64,000 nt of DNA, taken from assembly GCF_001194135.2 (NCBI RefSeq), contig NC_068987.1:13599454-13663453 (forward strand), given 5' to 3'. Positions 1 through 11,720 of this stretch are shown here, in pieces (the first letter of the stretch is position 1; the number at the start of each line of letters is the position of its first letter). The stretch comes from Octopus bimaculoides. Its lineage: Eukaryota. The position numbers and the translations under genes are program-made. The notes under the pieces were generated by a model. The model had not been told where the DNA came from. It saw only the letters and a program-made list of their open reading frames with translations, and did not search any database.

Positions 1-1128
1 AATATGCCTCCCCACTTCATTCTCCACTAGAATTTAGACTTTTCCCTTTGAACTTCAATGTATCATACCCAAAATACATGAAAACAGAATGCTCAATTTA
101 GGGGTGGGTAAAGAAGACCTGAGCAAACTACTAAAAATATTATTTTAAACCAATAAGGAAAGCACTAAGAAAGAATTTCAGAGGCATTAATGAACTCAGG
201 GGAGGGGAGGAAGCATANNNNNNNNNNNNNNNNNNNNNNNNNNNNNNNNNNNNNNNNNNNNNNNNNNNNNNNNNNNNNNNNNNNNNNNNNNNNNNNNNNN
301 NNNNNNNNNNNNNNNNNNNNNNNNNNNNNNNNNNNNNNNNNNNNNNNNNNNNNNNNNNNNNNNNAGGGAGAGAGAGGGGGGAGAGAGGGGGGGGAGAGAG
401 AGGAATTTGTTAGCATTTTACATCTGTTTTTCCAAGCCAGTATGGGTGGGTGGAGTTCTTTGAGGCAGTGTTCTACAGCCAAACAAGAGATTCACAAGAG
501 AGTGCAGAGGGTCTTCAAATATACGAAGATATGTCTTTTAGATATTTTCTTTATGTTTAATACTTAACAATGGATGGATTCTATGGAAACATCAAATCAA
601 AGACACCCAAGTAGTCAACACACAAACATTTTAGTATGATTCCGTGCCTATCCCACCACACACAAACACACACTTTGTGTATGTTTAGATACAGTTATGT
701 CTGGTGTGCATATATGCAACATTTTCAAAGAGGTAATCTGGCAACAGATTGAGAAAGATTAGTTTTACAGATTCACCAGACAAACCACCACTTAAGTGAT
801 GCCTTACGCAGCATTTTAATTTCACCAATGTGTAAAAAGAAAAATCACAGTAAAAACCACTAAGGTTGTAAACCATTAAATTGGTGTCATAACATTAAAA
901 TTAACAAAATAGAACACCTAATTTAATTAGTAAAATTATCAGCATTGCACAATAAATTCAGAATCTAATTAGGATTTTTCAAAGAAAAACATTTTTCTAG
1001 TGTTATTAAACAAAACAAAATACGCGCTCAATTTTTCCATAAGGAATTCAGGCGTTCATTTTCAACATGGAAATGAAATTGAATTTTTCCCAAAAGCAAA
1101 GAGTAATAAAATAGAACTGAATTTGTAC

Positions 1129-1149
1129 CTTCTCTGCTCTCAATAAAAT
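1129..1149 (-). CDS. PPFIA: Candidate 21-nt in-frame microexon (ILLRAEK)
   Basis: Acceptor cttctc(t)8ag, donor AAG|gtacaa, no stop in phase 0. The peptide loosely resembles LMILKEQ, which follows this position in human PPFIA1 as I recall it. Confidence 0.4.
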
Positions 1150-2974
1150 CTAAAAAAAAGAGAAGTTTTTAATTATTTTGACTTAAAGAGCATGTCCCCA
1201 TCAAACTTTTATGATTATTCATTTAACCCTTTTAAAAATATATTCTACTGAAATATACTGTTTATATGCTTTAATTAATTTCAAAAATTATCAAGAATTT
1301 GGAGGGATTTAGTAAAATAAGTTAGCGTTTGAACATAATTTAGAAGGATTTCTAACATAAATAATTATGATAGAAGGCTAATTATATAAATATGAATAAT
1401 TTACAACAGGCAATCTTGGAAGATCATTTCAGGTGCACAGAAATTGGAGGTGGAGTAGGGTGGAGGTCAGGCACTCGAAAGTGGTAGTCACTTTTTACCA
1501 TGGGGTCTGATAGGCCAGAGCTAAACTGTGCTGATCCACAATAACAATATCTACACACAAGCAGAAGAAATCACTACATGGTTGCTAAGCATTCTGGAAA
1601 CAGCAACCAAATCTTTCCTCATATCACACCATTTTATTATTTTTTCTTTATTTATCTATGCATTTTTATAAAGGACATTTTAAATAACAGAGTCCAAGAT
1701 ACACTACACCTGAGCTAAGACAAAAGGTAAGTCATCACAGCTGAAATGCCTTTAATCACATAGGTTTGTCCTATTAAAACTGACAATAACATCAAAATCA
1801 CTCAGTTATGCACAGACAGTGCTGAACGTATTTATAGGGTAAAGTAAATACCATATGTTTTCAAAGACAGTATGTAATGCTTATAAATAGTAAAGAAAAT
1901 GTAACAGAAATAGATACGAGCAGTGCAAAAGTATACCACATACCCCAGGTGACCAGACATATTAAAATAAAAAGTAATAAACATATAAAAACAGAGAGCG
2001 ATCTTTACATGTGCAAAATGTGTGACTTAGAGATTATGGTAACTAGACGAAAATGGTATAATTGATGGACCATCATTTAAAATTTTCTTCAATGAGTAGA
2101 TCTAAGAAAGAGAGAAATCGCCTACAGCTAATGTAGTATAGTTATTTTCAAAGTGCTGAGATAATTGTGGTTCATGTTTAGTGTGAACTTCTCCAAGTTG
2201 ATATTGAATGATGGGATGGGCATTCAAAACTGGGGGAGAGATTATTACTTAGTATGAGGTCAACCGAATAAGTCAAAAAGACAAAGTATTTCTCTTGTGA
2301 AAGTAGTTCTAAAGGAATTTTGTTGGTAAGTCATTCAATAGGAGGAGGAGGACTTCAAGATGGTAAAATGAATTGGAAGTTAGAGCAAAGTGACTGCTTC
2401 TGTGATATTGCACATTTTAACAAAGGTAAAAACAGGAAATTATAAAATTGTGTATGTGTGTGCTATTATGCATGCATGTGTGCATGCAAGAGAGAGAGAG
2501 ACAGACAGACAGAGAAGATCATTCAGAAGTAATGAAGGGGGGATACGTAAAAAAACACTATGATGTGAAAGGAAAGAAATACCATTTCCTTATTTTTTTT
2601 GCAAACAATATAATGCATAGCTGTAATATAAAAATTCTTTATCACGCACACAAAAACACTTACAGCCCCTTCTACTCATACGCATGCATGATACAATGTA
2701 ATACGGTATATTATATATCTTATGCAACAGAATACAAACAAGGAAACAAATTCTGTTTAAGTTATGGTTGCAATTATATAAATACCTTTAATTAAAAAAG
2801 AATTAGGAAAAATCAATATTTGCAAACAGAGCCAGTAAAACGTTTTCTTTTAAAAACCAAGTATAATGCAAGACGTACTTCGTAAAAGTGCAAATCTAAT
2901 TTGGAGGAAAATCTCCCAAAGAGGACAATTAAGGTTCCTTTAACAACCATCATTAAAAGTAAATGGAGTGAGCT

Positions 2975-2983
2975 AGCAGTAGC

Positions 2984-3020
<37 letters not shown>
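2975..3020. repeat. (AGC/AGT)n trinucleotide repeat
   Basis: Seen directly. Confidence 0.95.
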
Positions 3021-3340
3021 AAGGTAGCAGTTAGAAGCTAAAGAATTATCAATTGTAATTTACTACTTAACAACTTCACACTTCTCATTATTGATATCTA
3101 GGTTAGAAATGGGGAGAGGGTGAAATAAGAATCAATAAAAACAATAAGGTGGTAGCCAAGGTTTATAGTGAGGTGAAGAGAATTTGTGGGAAAATGTAAC
3201 TAAGAATAAGAGAGGGGGAGAGGAGAAGGGAGAGTGGGGAGGATCCACAGTTGTAGTCTGAATGATCCATTAAGTTATTGAGATTTGTTAAGCTAAATAT
3301 ATTAATTTCAGATGTGAGATAGAGCTAATATAACTTTGCA

Positions 3341-3363
3341 TATGTGTGTGTGTGTATATATAC

Positions 3364-3416
<53 letters not shown>

Positions 3417-3463
3417 CATATATGTGTGTCTGTGTGTATATACATATCTATATATATATATAT

Positions 3464-3502
<39 letters not shown>
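3341..3502. repeat. Compound microsatellite (TG)n-(TA)n-(GA)n
   Basis: Seen directly. Confidence 0.95.
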
Positions 3503-3503
<1 letters not shown>

Positions 3504-3534
3504 CAAAACAGCGAACAAAACAGCTTGATTCAAA

Positions 3535-3585
3535 CTCCTTGGTACTCTGAGTTTCAAGCATGTGGCTAGTCTTCGGCCATTGGAG
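3535..3585 (-). ncRNA. Type I hammerhead-like motif
   Basis: CUCCAAUGG-CCGAAGA-CUAGCCACAUGCUU-GAAA-CUCAGAG-UA-CCAAGGAG. Stems I and III pair and the triplet is GUA, but the core has U4C and stem II is only 3 bp. Confidence 0.45.
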
Positions 3586-3667
3586 CCTGACCACAAAGTG
3601 TGTGGCTAGGCTTTGGCCGTTGGGGTCAGAGCCCAATGGCTGATGACTAGCCACACATTTGAAACTC
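3549..3667. repeat. 44-bp-arm inverted repeat with a third degenerate unit in the 31-nt loop
   Basis: Arms 3549-3592 and 3624-3667. On the minus strand 36 Watson-Crick plus 4 G-U pairs of 44 positions (aligned by hand). Confidence 0.9.
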
Positions 3668-3669
3668 TA

Positions 3670-3985
3670 TGGTTTCCAAGAAGTCTCCAAAAATGTCAAT
3701 CTTGACAAACATTCTGGGAGACTCACAACCAGCAGAAGTGAGGAAAATGTTGCAGATGTGCATGCAGCTGTGAGGGGAAATCATCTAATTACCATCTGTG
3801 AGTTATCAGGGCATGTGCAGATTAGTTGCGGTCCAGTTCAGTCCATTATCACTGAAGATTTGGGTATGAGACACATGCCTTCCAAGTTTGTGCCAAAACT
3901 GCTTTCAAATGACCAGGAAGACACTTGGGTTTCAGTTGCACAAGATCTCCTTGATTGTGTCGAGAACAATGAAAACTTTTTTAAA
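3670..3985 (+). mobile_element. Mariner transposase remnant (second HTH to linker)
   Basis: SGRLTTSRSEENVADV...LITICELS...VQSIITEDLGMRHMPSKFVPKLL matches the mariner SGRP/HTH/WVPxxL-linker region. Confidence 0.85.
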
Positions 3986-3987
3986 AC

Positions 3988-4200
3988 TTTGTGTAGGCCC
4001 CTGAGCAAGTATCACCAAGCTTTTGACAAAATTTGATCCAGATTCTCTACTCAACTTTCTCTGTTATGGTCAACACAATGATCAAACGCTACACACCTTC
4101 CTTCCAAGCACTGCTGTAAACAGCAAAAGTGAGCTAGAACATTAAAACTTAGTGTGCATGCACAGCAGAGTTCAAGATCACCTGCTATGAGATTCATTCC
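3988..4200 (-). mobile_element. 5' end and N-terminus of a mariner transposase, opposite strand
   Basis: VE*RIWIKFCQKLGDTCSGAY (3988-4057) resembles the mariner N-terminus EQRxxIKFCxKLG. The upstream boundary is approximate. Confidence 0.65.
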
Positions 4201-4460
4201 ATAGAGGATAATTCTTTCTGTTAGTCTTGTAATGAAAAGTTTACTGCTTTCTCTTCAGGATTTGATATTTGTCATCCATTCTGTTGAATGGATTTTCAAA
4301 TTTAGATATTCAGTAAGAGAAGAAAAAAAAGCTAGTGAAGAGTGGGGCTATAGTCTCTCTCTCTCTCTCCCTAGGAAGTTATGGAATTAGTGGTTAACAA
4401 TTGAAAACAAAGGCAAGGGATATATTATTGCAGTTCTCTTCTTCCTACAACATCTCTTAC

Positions 4461-4500
4461 TCTATGACAAGGTTTCTAAGTCTTTTGATCTCATTCATTA
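4461..4500 (-). other. Candidate 40-nt stop-containing (poison) cassette exon
   Basis: Acceptor ctgtgtttctgttgtttctacctacag, donor AGA|gtaaga. In phase 0 the exon begins TAA TGA. Confidence 0.3.
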
Positions 4501-6584
4501 CTGTAGGTAGAAACAACAGAAACACAGGTTCGTTGATCTAATTCGTTAACACAGGTTAAAAACAATATAAACATTCGTAATTATAGAACAGAAATATCAA
4601 CTCAGGTAACGAAATTAGTTCAATTAAATCGTCATCTCATACAATTTTCATGAAAAGCCTTTCAAATTTTAAAGGCACCTCCACTACTGTGCCTTCATTT
4701 TCGGATTTTCATTTATTATAATTTGTTATAAATGGATTATTTATTTTCTATTGGCTTTTTTTTTTTTCTTCCCTGAGAAAAGCATCTTTATTGACAGTAG
4801 TTTTTCTCTGTCTATTAGATTACAGCCTGTAACAACATGACGAAGGGGGGGAAAAAAAAAGACCACCAAATAAACTTCAGCTCTTCAAAAAAACTTAGCT
4901 ATTCTCTATCAGAATATGACACATGGCAAAATAAAACATTAATTCATAATAACATTGTATATATTCATTTCTCTATGGATATAAAAATAACTGAAATCAA
5001 TCATTAATTCATAATAATTAGAAACACCACCATTACCACCACCCCGCCTTGCCAATCATAGGATAGATGAGTTTGCAAACATTAAAAAGAAATATTCGAG
5101 TTTTAGACATTTAAAATAAAAGCAAAGCTATTGTACATGAAAACTGCATTATAGTTTACCACTGTGGAATTTTATTAATGCTTATTCAGAATTAAATCAA
5201 TTTCAAGAGAAATGATATATAATGGAAGTAGAATATGTTATGTATGCATCTACCACCCTCAGAATATATTCACACACACACACACACACACTGCTAAATG
5301 TATGTTTGGCTGTTTTGTGATCATAAACATGATTTCTAAATATTTACCTTCAATACATACTAGTAATCAACAAATTCCTATTTACCACAGTTCTGTTCGA
5401 GCAGAAATTCCTATTAACTGTAACAATTCTGTACTAGCAGAAATAACTATTTAAACCATTACGTTTATATCTAATGTTCATTTTTTTTATGTTCAGTTAT
5501 AATAAAAACAATTTTACATTAATCTGATTGGTTACTCGATACTTTTGTAGAGTACAAATTTATTATTCTTAAACAAGAATATTGTTGACAGTAACTTTGA
5601 ATTTTCAGTCAGCTAAGTTTCAACAGTCTGACAACGGCTTAGCTGACTGAAACTTTGAAGTCACTGTCAACAATATTCTTGTCTAGGAATTATATGTATA
5701 TTATATATTATATTAGATGCATTAATGTTTTCTTAACAAACAAACAAACAAAAAAGAAATATAAAGAATATAAAGTGTACAGATGCAATCTAAATGTAAA
5801 CAAGAAGATATATACTCCAAGCTTGCTACCTTGTTTTCCATACAATAAAGCTGATTAAAAGATACAGTCAGCAGTCCCAACACGACAATCCACACACACC
5901 TCCCCCCACAAAAAAACACAAAAAGTCTGCAACATGTTACTTGTATAGATTTTTTTTTTTTTGTTGATTTTTTAAATTAGTTTGTAGGAGGAGGGGACAA
6001 CATTCCCATGACCTTTGCAGGCTCTCCAAGACAAGCAAGATCAATGTGGTTGATATTTACTTTGAACTTCTGCTGGTGGTTGTCTGTAGAAAAAAAATCT
6101 AAGCAGGGAAGAAATTCCANNNNNNNNNNNNNNNNNNNNNNNNNNNNNNNNNNNNNNNNNNNNNNNNNNNNNNNNNNNNNNNNNNNNNNNNNNNNNNNNN
6201 NNNNNNNNNNNNNNNNNNNNNNNNNNNNNNNNNNNNNNNNNNNNNNNNNNNNNNNNNNNNNNNNNNNNNNNNNNNNNNNNNNNNNNNNNNNNNNNNNNNN
6301 NNNNNNNNNNNNNNNNNNNNNNNNNNNNNNAGAGAAGAAACAGCCCATCTGTGAGCCAGAGATTTTAGTAACTGAGGATTTGCCAACCCACCAAATGGTC
6401 TTCTTTAGGAAGTAATCTAAAGTGTTTGAGCGTGTAGCAGTAGAGGCAGCAGCAGCACATCATTGGTAACCTTACGACACTGTGTTAAAATAGCAGACAG
6501 GGGGATGGGGACCAGTAAACATGTTGCAAACATATGTAACTTCACATCTGCAGTAGCTTCAAGTTCAGTCGCACTCTACAACAT

Positions 6585-6723
6585 AGGCACGGGCATGGCT
6601 GTATAGTTAAAAAGTTCACCTCTTAGACATATGATTTGGGTTCAATTCCATTACAAAGCACCTTGGGTAAGTATCTTCTACTTTAACCTTGGGGTGACCA
6701 AAGCCTTGTGAATGGATTTGGTT
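6585..6723 (+). mobile_element. SINE family A (tRNA head plus CORE-like domain), 5' part, diverged
   Basis: A-box-like tggctgtatag, B-box-like ggttcaattcc, then gcaccttgggtaagt (CORE-like). Confidence 0.75.
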
Positions 6724-7290
6724 AATATTCTAAATGTAAAACAAGGTACATAGGTAGTTCAATAAACTAAAGTATCCTCTTACTAATTGACAACAGCTAG
6801 TTTAGCAAAATACCCTTTGAGATATCCAACAATTTAATGCGAAAAGGAGACTTAGATTCTGGAGAAATATAACACAAATACAAAATTGATCAGAAAGAAA
6901 AATAAGAGAAATTTTGTTCCAATGTTAGATTAACAAATGGTATAAAAATATTTGAGAAAGTAGATATCATTTTCTAAGTCTTTAAATGGAAACAACTATT
7001 TTTTTCCAAGTCTTAAATAATTTTAACTTCAATTTATGGAAGATATAGGAAATTCTATTTCTTTGAAAAAAAAAAGAAAAAGTTTTCACTATACTTTAAT
7101 GGAAGTAGTCACTACACAGAAATCATAAACTGCTAAAGATATTTCATGAAAAAATTTTTATAAAGCACTAAGTTAATACACCAAGTCCTCCCAATAGTGA
7201 AGATAAACATATTAAATAGATGTAGTCAACTGTAACTTCAGGAAGAAACTACAAAATCTTTTTTGTTGTTTACTGAGAATATTATTTCAT

Positions 7291-7505
7291 CAAGTTGGCA
7301 GAATTGTTAGAATGTTGGAATAAAACACCTTCTCGTATTTGTTCAAACTCTTATATTCTGAGCTCAAATCCCACCAAGGTCAACTTTACCTTTCATCTTT
7401 AATGAGGTTGATAATGAAAAGTACCAGCTAAATACAAGGGGTTGATATAATCAACTGCCCCCTTCACCTATATGTTAGGCCTTATGCCTATATTAGAAAA
7501 TTATT
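7291..7505 (+). mobile_element. SINE family B (tRNA head plus Meta-like domain, ATT tail), diverged
   Basis: ttctgagctcaaatcccaccaaggtcaactttacctttcatc...aagtaccag, resembling the remembered MetaSINE/Sauria core. Confidence 0.7.
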
Positions 7506-7710
7506 TTCTAAATCTAAAATAAACATGTTTAACACTTGTGATACGAACACCCCTGATTCTGTGATACAAAATGTTTCATTATTTTTAAAATTAACTGAAA
7601 GAGGAGCAGTGCATTTTCATAGAAATATGGTAACAAAAAAAAAAAAGGATTAATACCTTAAGTTGTATTCTAAAACCAGTCTTAAGATGACAAACAAAAG
7701 CAGTAATAGC

Positions 7711-7996
7711 TCTTTTACTTGTTTCAGTCATTTGACTGTGGCCATGCTGGAGCACTGCCTTTAGTCGAGCAAATCGACTCCAGGACTTATTCTTTGTGAG
7801 CCTAGTACTTATTCTATCAGTCTCTTTTGCTGAACCGCTATGTTACGGGGGGGGGGGNNNNNNNNNNACTCACAAGGCTTTGGGTGGCCCGAGGCTATAG
7901 TAGAAGACACTTGCCCAAGGTGCCACGCAGTGGGACTGAACCCAGAAACATGTGGTTGGTAAACAAGCTACTTACCACACAGCCACTCCTGCGCCT
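7711..7996 (-). mobile_element. SINE family A, young copy with an internal N gap
   Basis: Near-identical to the copies at 20341 and 47751. Confidence 0.9.
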
Positions 7997-9044
7997 GTAT
8001 TGCTTCATCAAGAAAGAGACACAACTATAGAGAATACACAAGGAAGCTTCAATTTCTTACATTTAGAGGAATTACTAACTAATGTCACAGCAAACTTGTA
8101 TAATTTATTGTTTGTGTCACTACTACAATCACTGATAACAAAATGTCCTGACTTCTTTACTAAAAATTACATTAACACAGAAATGAGAGGGGGAAAAAAT
8201 TTAATTTTTTTTTTTATTTGCTTTGGTTTTTCATTTTGTTTGTTTATTTTAAATTTAGATAATTTTGTATAAATTATTAGAGCATATATACTTTAATTTT
8301 TTTTGTTTTTATTTGCAGCCAGATACCTTTTGCAACACTAGGTAATCAATATCATGAAATTAAAGTATTATCTGCTTCCAGCTAGTTGGCTGATTAAAGT
8401 TAAACAGTATTAATGTAATTTATTTAGAAGTCAATACTAGTGACAGACTTTTCAAATCAATGGATTTATACCAGTGCTCCATCGTCTAAACTCACCAATA
8501 TTGCACCCAAGTAAAAAACATTCTGTCAGACGAACAAGATTTCATTCATCATCATTGTACACACATTATAGGCACAAGCGTAGTTGTATGGTGAACAATT
8601 TCATTTCACAACCTTGTGAATTCAAGTCCAGCCTTGCTGTATGGTACCTTGCATAAGGGTTTTATATGATAGGCCAAAACCTAACAATGCTCTGTAAGTG
8701 AATAAGGGACATGTTTACTGAATAAAAGCCCATCGTATGTGTGTGAGTGTAATATGATGAATTCTTCTGTCATTAACAACAGATGAGGGTTCTGTAACTT
8801 TTGCCCAGGAATCTATACAGATGATTTTTTTACAGCAATCAAATGCTTGTACTGTACATAAGCTCACACTCTCTATCAAACTGACATTATCTGTGCAGGC
8901 TCATGGTGTGCAGTACATCAGGTGTCAAAGTGATCACAGACTAAATTGAGAATATTAGACTTGGCCTCCTGTACAGGTATGTGCACACACATGCACATTT
9001 ATATGAATGATTACATGCTGCAAGATGTACACACACTGATTGCA

Positions 9045-9587
9045 ACCTCTGTACTCAGCTTTTATTGATCCTGAAAGGCTGAAAGGCAACCTCAGTAACA
9101 TTTTAGCTCAGAATGTAAAGCCAAAAGAAATGCTGCTCAGGATTCTGTCTGGCATCTTAAAAATTCTATCAACTGACCACCTTAATAATAATAACAATAA
9201 TAATTATTATTATAGCACAAGGTCAGCAATTACTGGTACATATTTTATCGACCCCAAAAGGATGAAAGGCAAAGTTGATCTCAGCAGAATTTGAACTCAG
9301 AACTTAAAGACAAATGAAGTGCTGCCAAGCATTTTGCCAGGCGTGCTAATGATTCTGCCAGCTTGCCACCTTAATAATAATAATAATAATAATAATAATC
9401 CTTTCTACTATAGGCACAAGGCCTGAAATTTGTGGAGAGGGTCAACCACATCAACCCCAGTGTTTCTACTGCTACTTAATTTATTGACCCCAAAAGGATG
9501 AAAGGCGAAGTCAACCTCAGCGGAATTTGAACTCAGAATGTATTGATGGGCGAAATGCCAGTAAGCATTTTGCCTGCCATGCTAACA
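9045..9587 (-). mobile_element. Tandem array of three family B copies joined by (TAA)n
   Basis: The block gacccc.aaaggatgaaaggc.aagt.gacctc.gc.gaatttgaactcagaa occurs three times. Confidence 0.85.
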
Positions 9588-10872
9588 NNNNNNNNNNNNN
9601 NNNNNNNNNNNNNNNNNNNNNNNNNNNNNNNNNNNNNNNNNNNNNNNNNNNNNNNNNNNNNNNNNNNNNNNNNNNNNNNNNNNNNNNNNNNNNNNNNNNN
9701 NNNNNNNNNNNNNNNNNNNNNNNNNNNNNNNNNNNNNNNNNNNNNNNNNNNNNNNNNNNNNNNNNNNNNNNNNNNNNNNNNNNNNNNNNNNNNNNNNNNN
9801 NNNNNNNNNNNNNNNNNNNNNNNNNNNNNNNNNNNNNNNNNNNNNNNNNNNNNNNNNNNNNNNNNNNNNNNNNNNNNNNNNNNNNNNNNNNNNNNNNNNN
9901 NNNNNNNNNNNNNNNNNNNNNNNNNNNNNNNNNNNNNNNNNNNNNNNNNNNNNNNNNNNNNNNNNNNNNNNNNNNNNNNNNNNNNNNNNNNNNNNNNNNN
10001 NNNNNNNNNNNNNNNNNNCAACAGGACTGAACAATGTGATGTGTCTGACAAGTAGCACAACAAATTTTAAAAAATCAATGGAAAACATTTATTTATCTAT
10101 TTTATTTTACATTTATGTTTTCTAGAAAGCACAAATCAAAATTTATTTTTCAAGTAACCCAAGCTAATGTAATCTTGTCCTCTAAAATGACTGAAAAGTT
10201 TAAAATCATTAAAAAAAAAAATTTTTTTTTAATGATTTCAAATGTTCTTATTTTTCTCTTTTTTGTTTTGTTTTAGTATATCATTTTTTTCTGTTCTTAG
10301 TTTTTTTGTTTTTTTTTTTGTCGTTTTCTTATTTCAGAATCAATAACTACACACAGTTTTACTACAGCAATAAATCCAAAATCGATTACTACTATAAATA
10401 TACATGATAAAATCTTTTTTTTGTCTTTATGGTATTTTTTATTTGTTTATTAGAAACAATATAGCAGAATAAAAATTGTTAATTCTCAAATCTATAAATT
10501 TACAAATTTTTTAAAAGTATACTGAAAGGATAGGTAAGATTAATAGAGCAATTTCTTATGCTGACATAACACCTAAAAGTTATTGAAAAAAAGAAAAAAA
10601 CTTTTATTAAATGTGAACAACAAGAATTTTTCCCAAGAGACTTAGCGATGAATGTAAAGGGATTTATAGCTCTAAATTGAAGCCTGGGGTCACGGACCCA
10701 ATTTATCAACATCTACAGCAGTGGCTGTAGTGGTGGTGGTGGTATCAATTATTATTATATGATCAATAATTATATAGACAAATAGAGTTGTGAGTGGCAT
10801 AGAATCTTAAGAACTAAGCACACACTGAGTCAATTTGATATACAATTTCACTTTTTAACTTTCACTGCAAAT

Positions 10873-11280
10873 GCCATTAAAAGTGAAAATATGACCAAAG
10901 TAAAGATCTGCTTCCACCCGTCGGAATATACATGTGACATTAAGAATTGTCAAAAGAAATCGAGAATTCTATACTTTCTCACTTGGAACAATGTCAGTTT
11001 TCCACTCCATCTCTTTGATGGAGTACCACCCTTTTAAAATCAACTTCTGTATATTGATGGCATTTATTTCTCGAACACGGGCCATTTAAGTAAAATATGA
11101 ACGACACAAAATCTATTTCGATTCCACCTTACTGGGTGACCTTAAGAATTATCAAAGAAATCAATAATGATTTGTTTTCACCTGGCAGAGAATCAATTTT
11201 TTGTAACACCACCTCCCACCAAATGATGGGTACCATTTTTTAAAATCACTTCTATAATACTTGTATTTATCTAAAGAAGT
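10873..11280. repeat. Diverged ~200-bp tandem duplication
   Basis: gccatt.aagt.aaaatatga at 10873 and 11082; taagaatt.tcaaa.gaaatc at 10951 and 11143; ttttaaaatca.cttct in both units. Confidence 0.7.
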
Positions 11281-11324
11281 CAGCTGCATGAAACTGGATG
11301 ATAAGGTTTTAGTTTCATTATTTG

Positions 11325-11718
11325 AGCGGGATCATTGCCAGAGCAGCGGTCTTGCTTCCAAGCTGGTGGCACGTGAAAAGCACCATTTTTTAGCGCAATC
11401 GTTTCCAGCTTTGCCTTACTGGCACATGTGCCGGTGGCATATGAACAAAACATTGGACTGACTCCTGTGCAGGTGGCACGTAAAAAACACCATTTTGAGC
11501 ATGGCCGTTGCCAGTACCACCTGACTGGCCTTCGTGCCGGTGGCACATAAAAGCACCCACTACACTCTCGGAGTGGTTGGCGTTAGGAAAGGCATCCAGC
11601 TGTAGAAACTCTGCCAAATCAGATTGGAGCCTGGTGTGGCCATCTGGTTCACCAGTCCTCAGTCAAATCATCCAACCCATGCTAGCATGGAAAGCGGAAG
11701 TTAAACGATGATGATGAT
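11325..11718 (+). mobile_element. Family C: (GAT)n-tailed retroposon with an RTE-like 3' end
   Basis: Repeated ggtggcacgtaaaaagcacc modules, ggcgttaggaa.ggcatccagctgtagaaac, and the tail gcatggaaagcgga.gttaaacgatgatg. Confidence 0.85.
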
Positions 11719-11720
11719 TA

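Noticed and set aside
5830-5850. Second 21-nt minus-strand exon-like stretch (cag|LYCMENK|gtagca)
   Set aside because: The donor lacks both +4 A and +5 G, and the peptide shows no resemblance to liprin-alpha; expected by chance in AT-rich DNA.
11360-11560. Four spaced ggtggcacgtaaaaagcacc-like modules resembling a repeat-spacer array
   Set aside because: Internal tandem structure of a dispersed eukaryotic retroposon, recurring at 62190-62290; the spacers are related to each other. Not CRISPR.
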